The notes below the pieces were generated by a model. The model ran no database searches, was not told the origin of the DNA, and saw only the letters and a program-made list of their open reading frames with translations. A DNA stretch of 59,965 nt, the filler included, from Asterionella formosa (lineage: Eukaryota): NCBI GenBank assembly GCA_002256025.1. It is 11 parts of 11 records of this genome, joined end to end, with 100 filler letters (N's around TTAATTAATTAA, not from the genome) between each part and the next. Parts side by side here need not be neighbours in the genome. Positions count along the whole stretch, not along the records: positions 49,180 to 54,523 come from NKIB01013107.1; positions 54,624 to 59,965 come from NKIB01013108.1; 9 more parts are not named here. One strand, written 5' to 3'. Made by a program: the position numbers and the translations under genes. Each line of letters begins with the position of its first letter. The first letter of the stretch is position 1. Of this stretch, positions 49,180 to 59,965 are shown in pieces.

Positions 49180-51183
49180 ATGGCGTTTTTGGTCATGGCA
49201 GCATGTCGGCAAGTGGCGGCCTTCGTGCCTGCATCCCGCCAATTGGTGGTATCCACTAGTCGGGCCTTGCTGATGCCATACATTCGGTCTCCACCCATCC
49301 GAATGAAGCAAATCCTTTCTATGAGTACAATTACTGACATGGATGCACTGAATCAACGAATCGTTGACAAGGGAGATGAGATCAGACAGCTCAAGGCAAC
49401 TGGAATTAGTAAGGAAGATCTTCTGCCTCATATTAACGAACTCAAGGCCTTGAAGTCACAATTGCCATCCGATGAACCCCCAGCCCCTCCCGCTTCCAAG
49501 AAACTAGCTACCACACCCAAGGCTCCTGTTGTCGAAAAAGAGATGGACGAATCGGAACTTCGGCAAAATCGACTCGACAAGGTGGCCGCCATGAAGGCTG
49601 CCGGTGTGGAACCTTATGAGTACACATACCGACCCACAATAACTGCAGCTCAATTGGCTGCCGAATACAATGATAAGCTGGAGCCTGGAGAAGAGGATGT
49701 AAATACAGATGTTGCTGTCGCAGGTCGTATTATGACGAGGCGTGTCTTTGGAAAACTGGCCTTTTTCAGCCTTCAAGATGAGACGGGAATTGTGCAGTTG
49801 CAGATGGACAAAGCACGTCTTGGTGATTCATTCGAGGTGAGTAAAAAGTAAATCGGAACTTTCAATGGAGAGAGGCATGACTAAATATTCATTAATGAAA
49901 CATGTAGGATTTGAAAGCGTGGACCGATGGAGGAGATATCATCGGAGTCCGGGGCACCATTCGTCGAACTGACAAGGGGGAATTGTCAGTGTACGCCAAT
50001 GAATGGAGCATGTTGACCAAAGCAGCTTTGCCGCTTCCTGATAAGTATCACGGTCTCGTGGATGTGTCGAAGCGATACCGCAATCGTCATTTAGATCTTA
50101 TTGTCAACCCTGCTGTTCGTGATACATTCCGAAAGCGCGCAAGGATGACGTCCATGTTGCGGCGACTTTTGGATGACATGGATTTCTTAGAGATTGAAAC
50201 TCCTGTATTGCATTCTCAGAGTGGAGGAGCCGAGGCCAAGCCTTTTGAGACTTTTCACAACTCCATGGGCTTGGACTTGACATTGCGTATTGCTACGGAG
50301 CTTCATTTAAAAAGGTTGATTGTAGGAGGCTTTAACCGTGTCTACGAAGTTGGCCGTATTTTCCGCAACGAAGGGCTCTCAACTCGTCACAACCCTGAGT
50401 TCACTTCGGTGGAGCTTTACCAAGCCTATGCTGACTACAATGATATGATTGAGCTAACTGAATACCTCGTGTGCAGTGAGTAACAACAAATGTCGCATGT
50501 CACTCAATGGCACGCTTTCTAATTCTAACCAGTTACCCCTTTCAGGCATAGCCGAAGAGATCTGTGGAGGCTTGATTCTTCCATATGGCGAGCACACAAT
50601 CAACTTTGAGCGGCCCTGGAGACGAGTTACCATGCACGATATTGTCAAGGAACAGATTCCCGACTTTGACTTTGCTGCCCTGGATCCTGACGACCCACAA
50701 TCAGTGGTGAAAGCCCGTGCTGCTGCTGCCGCCGCTGGTGTTCCAGGGGTCGGTGATTGTACAACAGTTGGTTATGTGTTGAATCAATGCTTTGAGGAAT
50801 TATGCGAACCCAAGTTGATTCAGCCTACTTTTGTTATTGATTACCCAGTGGAAGTCAGTCCACTTGCCAAGCCTCACCGAACAAAGCCTGGAATAGTAGA
50901 GCGATTTGAGCTCTTCGCAGTTGGTCGTGAACACGCCAACTCCTTTAGTGAGTTGACTGACCCTGTTGACCAACGGCAACGATTTGAAGCGCAAGCCGCG
51001 AAAAAGGCTGCTGGAGACGAGGAAGCTTGTGATGTTGATGAGGAATTTATAACTGCTTTGGAGCAGGGCATGCCACCAACTGGAGGTCTTGGAATTGGAA
51101 TAGATCGATTGGTGATGCTTTTGACTAATTCTCCTTCTATCCGTGATGTAATTGCATTTCCCCTTCTCAAACCGGATCTATAG
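49180..51183 (+). CDS. lysS: Class II lysyl-tRNA synthetase, organellar (plastid-type presequence); introns 49837-49907 and 50476-50545
   Basis: OB fold ([16 protein letters not shown]), [23 protein letters not shown], motif 2 [14 protein letters not shown], motif 3 GLGIGIDRL. Both GT-AG introns restore the frame. N-terminal VAA-FVP. The ATG is the first contig base, so the start may be truncated. Confidence 0.96.
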
Positions 51184-52840
51184 AAACAAAACACATTATT
51201 GTAGCCGACTTAACTTTTATATCAATTTTCCATGTCAATAAGTTCACCAATTCGATATACGAGTTATGAGACTACATACATATGCTGTCATACTGATGTT
51301 GTGCTAAACCATAGGGTCTGTTGCTGCTGCCCTCACACTTGTCAAGTGTACTGGCGCAGTTCATGACACTAACAATGTTGCCATTCCAGCTGGATTTGCT
51401 GATATTGGAGTTGATAATTCCCCAGAATCTGAAAAGGTTTTTGTCATAATGAAGAAGTTTCAAACAATTTGTTTCATAATGAGTCAGGAATTTGCGACAG
51501 GAGACAGTTGAATGGATCAAAGAGCAATCCAATATTTTCATTATTTCCAATTCATTTGAAGTTCACTGCCTTCCAGTTATTTGATTTAATATTTCCCCCG
51601 GAGTTGTGAAACGATTTCATTTTGTTTGTCATTGATCAAAAGGTAGAGGACAAGCCTGAAACCACTCAGATAGATTGAAAAATGGTGCAATGAGCATGGT
51701 GGAGGGGAAAGTGCGTGCAGATCATGAATGACAAAAATGAATAACATGTACAGTGGTTTTCTACAGCCACTACAGATTTCAAGGTACTGTTGAATGTCAA
51801 TGATGCAAAGCGGCCCTCCCAAATCAGTTTGGAATTGATATGGGAGACGAAATGGTGGCTAAATAGAGTGTTATCATTGCTCCTTTCAGTCACAGCAGAA
51901 GATGCCATGCTTGCATATAGCCACTTCTGTAAGGAAAAAGATTGGTGGCATGCTCTGTTTTCACAAGCGCTTTGCTGAGGCATTGGTATGAAATCCTTAT
52001 TACAAAAAGGTAGAAGAATAATCGCCAAGAAGGTGGTCAAGATTAACCAAAAATGCTGAGCGCCGAGTTTTTGGGCTGCCCAAGGCACACAAAATTTCGG
52101 GATAGGGCTAGTGGATGCCGACAGTTCCCAGTTCCAATTACATGTGTAGACCGGAAAATGATGACTTGAACATGTTGTGTAGCTATGCTCAATGGGTATG
52201 CTTCGATGTCATGATTGTAGATAACATCATTCCATTGAAGCAGCAGTATTGAGTCCTTCCAGTCCAGACTGATCTGTGTCTGTAGAATGTATCATGTTGT
52301 GACTGACACACAACTAAATATTAGTAGTTCAAATTTCATTTTTTCTCTTTAACATATATAGCCCATTTAATTAGGAGAAAAAGTACTAACCAAACGATGT
52401 CTCCAAAGTTATAAAGGTAAAAAAATAGAAGTTTTCAAATTGAGCCTCAAAGCGGACTTATATTGGCCTAATGAGCCGCACAAAGAACCCGTTAAGTACT
52501 CCCTCTGTTCAACACAACTATAGTTGCAACCAAACCTTAGTAGGTCACTGCCTCTCATGAAGCGCAAGCTCCGATATTTCTCCGGCAAGCTTTTCCTCTT
52601 TAAAAATTATTCCGAATCGAATTGAGCAAACATTTCGATCAGGACGCGATTGTATGAACAAGCACCAACAAAAAAATCTAGGTTAGCTTTACCTAATTCT
52701 AGACTAGTTGGAAAATACATTACTATGTGCACCATGTGGCACGGAATAATTATAAATAGGAAGAAATGTTAGCTGGAGAGTTATCGGAGCTTGGGATTCA
52801 TGAGAGGCAGATCGGGATAGTATATATGACCTTCTTGATT

Positions 52841-53464
52841 ACCTGAAAGGCCCGGTAGTGCACGTTTAATGTGCACTTATTCCGTTTCGACACACAATGA
52901 CTCGTCCCATGCCTACCAGACAAGATAGGCTGGCTTTCCATTCCAATCTCTGTTAACTTTCTATAATGTAAAATTATCATTCATTAAATCCATGTCATGT
53001 GCAAGTCATCGAAATCATGTTCATCTACTACTATTTGTAATGGTATTCAGCAATTGGAAGTCGGTTTGCATGTATGGTTCTCCAGCAAATCACTAATTTT
53101 TTGAGTCTTACTAGTAGTCAGCAAATTATAGTCATTGTTAGCAAATTCAAGTCTTAGCCAGAAAGTTCTAGCTAGTCATAGTCAGAAAGTTCTGAACGTA
53201 GAAAAAGAATTTTTCCTATCTGTTTTCCGAATCTTGAAGACCGTTTGCTGAACCGTTTAATCAGTCTGCAAAGAATCCGAGTAGTGTTCAGAGAATGATT
53301 CTGCAAATCGTCGTTGGTCAACAATAAAAGTAAAAATTTTCCAAAATCTTCCATTGTTGAAAGCGCACCTATCTCGTTCGGCAGGGATGGGATCTATCAT
53401 TGGGGTGAAGTGAGTCGAAACTGAAAAGGTGCACATGGAATGTGTGCTACCGGACCTTCCTGGT
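52841..53464. mobile_element. MITE-like element with ~90-bp diverged terminal inverted repeats
   Basis: Left end ACCTGAAAGGCCCGGTAGTGCAC versus right end reverse complement ACCAGGAAGGTCCGGTAGCACAC. Similarity continues inward (TTTCGAC...GATAGG). Further end copies at 43350-43434 and 54420-54523. Confidence 0.65.
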
Positions 53465-56400
53465 TGAATTGAAATGGCGATTTGATCTATGAAGGTAACA
53501 AAGCTAAAGCAAATGGCGTAATTACGTGTCTTTCCAGTTTTCGCCCGTTGTGTTGTAAATTGTCGCAAATGAGGTTATGGTTCAAATCAAGATCGAAAAT
53601 GCAATATTGATCATTGTATATCATTTGACATGGAGACACCCTAATTCGTGTTCTTCATGGATTCTGGTTGATCGAAAATTTTAGGCGATCTACGCATCGA
53701 GAGGAACAACTTGCTCTAAGTCTCAAACTAATTACATAAGCAACGACTAGCCTTTATGCTTGGAAAGTCTCCAGGACTCTCAGAATTTACGTTTATGTAA
53801 GTTTTGATAGCGAAACGTGTTATTCTGCGTTCATTAGGTCAGAGCAGTACATACTAGATACCAGGATGTTGGGGTCATTTTGGTTCAAAAGAATTTATTA
53901 TGGGATAAAGACAGCTAATTATTTAGCTTTAGCACAATTATCGCAACTTGCATGTGTGTATTGGTATCAGGGTTGTACTTGGTACTGTATGTCTGTAAAT
54001 TATAAAACCGTTAGGCCTAACATCAGTGTTCTTCTTGCTCAATTATCCATTGCCCCAAAATTATCTTAGTATGTCGTATTATGTTTTATGAATATTTCAG
54101 TTGCTATTTTAACTCGATTGAAATGATGATTCTATTATGCATGTTGCTGTTTACGCTTTACTAGCAATCTGTATTTTCTGATTGATACATTTGCGTTCTT
54201 CATTCCTACCCTTCAATCCAATGCCTTTGTATTCCATTGAATTGCTTTGATGCTAAGCATTGCAACCGAAATAACAAAACATGTTCAAGTATGGATTAAT
54301 GTTGTTGTAGTATTCAGAACTATCTATGTCGCTGTTTCTGGCTTGTATGACAGGGAAAGATAGATCATATTTTGGTTCCTTTTTCTCAATCAATTGAGGG
54401 CAGATTGCACTCGAACAAAAAGTTACTAAGAGAGTTTGGAATGGAAAGCCAGCCTAACCCTTCTAGTAGCTATAGGATGAATCATTGGGAGTGAGTCGAA
54501 ACTGAAAAAGTGCACAAAAAGGTNNNNNNNNNNNNNNNNNNNNNNNNNNNNNNNNNNNNNNNNNNNNTTAATTAATTAANNNNNNNNNNNNNNNNNNNNN
54601 NNNNNNNNNNNNNNNNNNNNNNNACCAAGTCCAGTCACCACCAATTCATGCATTCAATCCATCATGGAAGCCACGCACACTTTCCTTGCTTGTCTCATAT
54701 TTTCAACTTTCTTTGTCCTGTGCGAGTTGATCCATTTACGTCATCCACACAGCCAAAAGTCAATTCCATATCTTGGCCTTTTCAACACGAAATAAATTAT
54801 AAATAATCAGATCCCACCTTTCAAACTCTAGCCATTTTGTTGGCATAGAAATAAGATGCTAAACCCTGTGTGTATCCTCGGGATGAACCCATCGAGAGAA
54901 CTCCGAGTCAATCCACTACTTCTGCCCCTTGATTGCTGTGCGTGTGAGCTCATGGATAACAACGGAACTATGGAATGATAAATTTCGAAGTTGCCACTGA
55001 CGACGTTAAGTCTTTCCCATTGTCTTTTTTAGAGCGTTGTAATGCATTGCTTCTCTATTGCTAGTTAGGCAGACGAACCAGGTACTAACTAGCAGGCATA
55101 AACAACAAGGACTGAAGTAGTGGCTGGCTGCTGGAGAGAAGTGAGAAGCACAAGTGAAACGAAAGAAAATGTGCAAAGGGCTCAGGGCTCAGGGCTCAGT
55201 ATTATCTTAGTACGGTAGCCTACGTGTAGTAGCTATCCAATCATTTCCAATGTATCCATGGCCGAAGGTCAAGGCATATGAAGGTGAAGCAAGGAGAGGG
55301 TCGCGATGAACTGAGGCTGTGTTCTTTTCTTGTGCTCTGACTCAGTGGCAAATATATTGAGAAACAGGATATAGAATGATTTAACAGTACTGTATATAAT
55401 GTTTGTTCACGTACCGGTAGGTCTAGGCACGGCATTATACCGCCCGCGGTAAGAAAAGGTATACCTGGTACCAGTAGAGTAGCCTACTGGAGTACGAGGT
55501 TTACCATACTGTATACTGGTACCGGTAAGCATATACCGGGATTTGAATTATTTTATCTGGGTGCAGCCAGAGTTGGTTATTATGGAATCTGGGTTCCCTT
55601 AATGGGGAAGACAGTTTTAGTTAAAGTTTGAGAATCTTTTTGTGGCCAGCGAGTTCTGGGATGGAGAGAGTGTATGTGGAGGGTTGTAGTGGCGAGACAA
55701 ACGCTTCTTGCTTTGCGTGGTTATCAGTAGAAGGGAGGGAAGGATGGCGGGGAGGAAGAGAGGAGGGCGAGGTGGGGTAAAGGGTGCCAGAGATGTTGGG
55801 AAAGAAATCGCATGGCGCTTGAAATAAGCTCCTAGGCGGGGCTGTCCAGCGGTAATTGCTCTTTCGAGTTTTGACTTTGAGCTTTTGCAAAGGATTTTTT
55901 CAAGGAGGGAGTCGGAAGAAAGGAGATGTCGGAGTCCATGGGACGATCATCGGAAGGAGTGGGGGGGAGCGGCGGCGGAGGAAGCGCCATGGTTGAATAG
56001 GAGAGGAGCGGCTGCTACAAGTTGGTGCACCTGTAGTTGGTGTACTTAAATTAATTCAATTGTTTGTTGTATATGTATCTACGTCACCCAGAGGCGACAG
56101 CGCGCTCGTTAGTACAAGTGGTACGAGGAAGTACGTGAAAACCAGAGGTCGACAGTTCGAGTCCCTCAGCAAGAACAGAAAGAAAAAGGAGAAGAGAAAA
56201 AGAAAAACAGAGACGTAGAAAACGAGAAGGCACTATGAGAATTCCTGTAGGAAAGGATGTGTCGAGCATACACATTAGGATGATGTGGTATGTGGAGCAT
56301 CAACAGGGGAGGGTGTCAGAGTGTGTCTGTTAGGCTGTTGATGTCGACAGGTGTCCGAAGACTAGGTAGCCTGAGGAATGACTAAACGGAAATAGACAGG

Positions 56401-58010
56401 ATTTATATAGCAGAAGAATCTGCAGACGAGCGGCGTGAGAAAGATCCAGGGCAGTACTAGAGCGCGCTTGAGTATGCGCCATATATTACTGGTCGTTTCG
56501 ATAATGGTTGTCATTCTATATCAAGTTCCTACCGTATATAGGCTGTATCCATTGAGGAGTAGAGTTATAATGAAGCAAGCCAACAACATCAACAATGGAC
56601 GACGAACGAACAAAGTGTCAAGAAAATACTTCCTACATAGCTAAATAGTAGTCCCGAAATTCTACCAAGGTAGTATTTTCTCGTAGGCCTTGGTAGTCTT
56701 CTACTGAGGACAGAGAATACCTCCAAGGTATTGGCAAATATTTACGTGGTTAGTATGAGGTACGTAACAGCTCAAAATTCTACTGTGTAGAATTTTTGGT
56801 AGAATATGTTATCTCGTTTTGGTAGTATATTCTACCAATCATAATAACTAGGTTAGTGTTAATAGTGATATTTTCAAGAAAATTCTACCAGCAAGGAAGA
56901 GGAGAGCAATACCTGTATATGGTCTATCTACCGATAATTTCGGTAGTCCATAATTACTTCATTCTTAAAGTTCCTTTAACCTGTCTCAACTGTAATAATC
57001 ACTGTTAATGATACTCGCTGCTATTCTATACAAGGATGCATGGACGCAAGATTGACACATGAGGATGATGGACTTTTAAATGGTAAGGCGAAAGATGGCA
57101 ACACAGTATGCCCTGCTCGCTCACACCTGATCCCATCGAACACAACACAGCAACAATCCTGCGGATTCAACAGCACATGGTATATCCATCACATGAAAGC
57201 ATCGCCCTCCAAGCACTGCAAAATGCCGTCACCAACCGAAGGTCGGTCGCTTCCGTTGCATTGCAGGCTATGTACCAAACCGTTCACACCGCGGACCAGC
57301 CGCCGCCGCAAAACATGGCTGATTCTGGGATTCAAGACAAGTTGAGGACGGATCTGTTGCTGGGAGTGGAAGTCAACCAAACAGAATGTGGGACTGAAAG
57401 GATAGAGCCTGAACTCAAAGTGGTTGTTGCATGAATTCAACAGACTGCCACACTTTCTTGAGCATCGTCTTGAGCCTTCATATACACCAAAACTATTTGA
57501 ACTGTTTTACCCAGTCTGAAATTGTGACAACTTTTGGAAGAATTTGTTGCTTGTGGGTGGTTCACTTGGAGCAGTTTTATTGGTCTTTGCTGCACTTAAC
57601 AATGCTTTTTTACTTCACTTCAAGATTGGCGATTGGAATCTCTTAGTATGGTATGTTGGTGTGCTGGGTATAAATTACTCGACAGGAAAGGCTATGCTCC
57701 CAGATCCAAAGATTCACCCCTGATACACTCACAACATCTTTGCCAAGGTTGAAAACTGCCTTGCTTTCGCAGTTTGTAGTTCATATCCATTTCTGTGCTG
57801 ATATTTGGAATGGATGTGGTTAGGGAAAAGTGTACATAACCATGTACCATGCAAAAACTATTTGCTTGTCCATGAAGGTTTAGTGGTGATGGCGTTCCTC
57901 CAGTTGTGGTGGTTCCAATGGACATGACAGCACCATCTACAGTTGGAAGCAGTAGTGTGAATGTTGAGGGGCAAATTCAACAATTAACAAGCAGGCAACG
58001 ATTTGCAATA

Positions 58011-58915
58011 GGGTCGTTCTTATCATTTTCGATTTGGTATCATATTTTTTGAAAAAGTATCATGCAACGGCTACTCGATTTAAACCGAAAAAATCCATTC
58101 TCCGCAAAAACAAAAAAAATTGTATCATCAAAAAGTATAAAGAAAATTCAACGGTTATGGGTGGCTACAAACATGTTCTTTTCCTTACATAATGGTACCA
58201 GACTAGTCCTCAAACCATGCAAGAAATCTATGCAAATTAAGTATTGAACTACTATACCGGTAGTCAATGGTATTTGCACAGGTATTCGTTGTAGTCACGT
58301 GATCATTTTCGTATTCTATTGCCTAGTACGTGCTGGACGAGTGATAGTAGAATGTACCAGTAGTGACAGCCAAAGCCCAAGTATTTGCACAGCTAGTATA
58401 TGTCACAGTCACGTGATCATTTTCGTATTCTATTGCCTAGTACTTTGTCATGAATTCCCGATTATCAGTACTAGGTACTGGTACCTGTAATTAGATACCG
58501 GGTATGTCTCTATGCACATTACTCAATCAGTTCAATTCTCGACTCTGTGGTTGTCGTTCTTTGGTGTTGTGGCTGAACATTGCCACACACGGCCGCTGTA
58601 ATGATTGTATGGTTTTTCTTTGATGCACACCATAATAATTTTTGTATATTTTATGGAGATGTAAGGAAAAGTACTGCCCTGCAGGCGTATTTTCGGTTAT
58701 TTTATTAGTGACAACGGAAATGATACCCACGTGAAAACGTCAGTATCACTGATACCATTTTTGGAGGGGGCAACAAAAGGTATCAATTTTGTATCAATGA
58801 TACAAAATTGATGCCATCAAGTTTCCATTGCTGATACCGTGTTTTGATACCAACTGTCACTTTTTGCCCACAACCCGGAAATGATACAACAAATTCGGAA
58901 TGATAAGAACGACCC
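58011..58915. mobile_element. Non-autonomous PIF/Harbinger-like element (905 bp)
   Basis: TIR GGGTCGTTCTTATCATT at both ends. Flanks are ATA (left) and TTA (right), a TWA-type TSD with one mismatch. Many subterminal TGATAC/GTATCA motifs and no coding capacity. Confidence 0.85.
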
Positions 58916-59209
58916 TTATCATTAGAATGCTGGAAAGCTAGCTGTATACCTGTACCGGTAGTAGAGTGAAGCAGACAACAATTGGTACAAGTACCTGGTA
59001 CCAGGGTACCATGTACAGTGTATACCGTAGAATAAAAAGCATCATCCCTCGTGCCTACCGGTATCCTCGTTGTATAATTTTAATGATGATGACTGAATAC
59101 CGTTAGTACGTAGCTAATATGTAGAAGTACATACATACCGGTAGTAGTATTCCGGGATTGCGGTAGGCACTACCGGTAGTCACTACCGACGATAGTGCCT
59201 GGTACCAGG

Positions 59210-59406
59210 TGAAATATCTAACTAGAAGTAGTAGTATTTGTTGAATATATGAGCTTATTTGTTAATCCTTGTGTGTAATTCGTTCTCCAAGTCGACACCA
59301 AAGTATACAATGAGGGTTAGTCGAGTTCTCTCATTATTGAGTTCTTATACATACATGATATAACACTAACCCTATATACATCTGTATTGATGCGCAAGAT
59401 CGCTCA
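59210..59406 (-). mobile_element. Gypsy 3' LTR, second copy (197 bp)
   Basis: Reverse complement runs TGAGCGATC...GATATTTCA, preceded by the same purine tract. Homologous to 1056-1253. Confidence 0.85.
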
Positions 59407-59431
59407 CTCTCCCACACCAAGGGAAAACCTT

Positions 59432-59965
59432 TTACCTTTGAAAAGGTTTGATGTAATGGATATTAATTCAGTCCGTAGTATGCATAGTTTGTTGAAAAGT
59501 AACTGGACCATTGGCATATACTTGAATAAATAGAATAAGGACCTCGTCCATGGTTATCCAAGGTAGTAGGATTATCCAATAGGATTAAAACCTCATCAAC
59601 AACCTTGTAATCGCAAGAACGACGACGGAAAGTATCACGACGTAGTCATTTGTCAATTATCACTTATCGACATTGATATCCCAATATCAATTTCATATCT
59701 GTAATTAAATCTTGTTGGAAAACCCATGTTCCTGGTGAAAATACACAATGTACTATAAATAGTAACTCGAGCTGCATATGATACAGCAAACTGGTATCCA
59801 CAATATTCTGAACTTGAAATTCCTTGATTGGAGGATGAGCCTTTAACATGACTTGTACATAGATTTTTACTGATAGATTGATGTAAACGTTCACGGATAG
59901 CATTTGTTTGTGGATTCTTGACTGTAATGGTCCCAATTTTAATTCCATTCAACACTTACATGTGT
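59432..59965 (-). pseudogene. Gypsy integrase 3' fragment, second and more degraded copy
   Basis: LNGIKIGTITVKNPQTNAIRERLHQSISK and VMLKAHPPIKEFQVQNIVDT match the ORF at 274-819, with frameshifts. Confidence 0.9.

Noticed and set aside
51270..52200. Possible decayed coding sequence (also 42160-42810, 43727-44760 and 57040-57950)
   Set aside because: These look like relic ORFs, but I could not identify a diagnostic motif, so they are left unannotated.

Overview
Eukaryotic DNA, most likely a diatom or other ochrophyte: short GT-AG introns, ASAF-type plastid presequences, and CoDi-like copia, GyDi-like gypsy and diatom-type YR and LINE elements. The window is not contiguous. It is 11 separate contigs of about 5.35 kb, sorted by decreasing length and joined by an artificial N44-TTAATTAATTAA-N44 linker, so adjacency across linkers means nothing. 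Host genes: a CBP/p300-type acetyltransferase, a Use1-like SNARE with a long ankyrin extension, an S9 peptidase, a divergent TFIIB-like factor, a plastid RH50-like DEAD-box helicase, an ARM-repeat protein, and an organellar class II LysRS with a WHEP-like domain. Most of the rest is decayed transposable elements: gypsy, copia, DIRS-order YR, LINE, Harbinger, IS630-Tc1-mariner and MITEs. The most interesting signals are (1) strong clustered enrichment of TACCGGTA and related TA-x-TA motifs that resemble accumulated transposon excision footprints, (2) two tRNA-headed SINE-like families, (3) two gypsy 3' LTRs both followed by a PBS-like sequence, and (4) the Use1-ankyrin and WHEP-LysRS domain fusions. 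All family assignments come from motif recognition by eye; no database searches were run.
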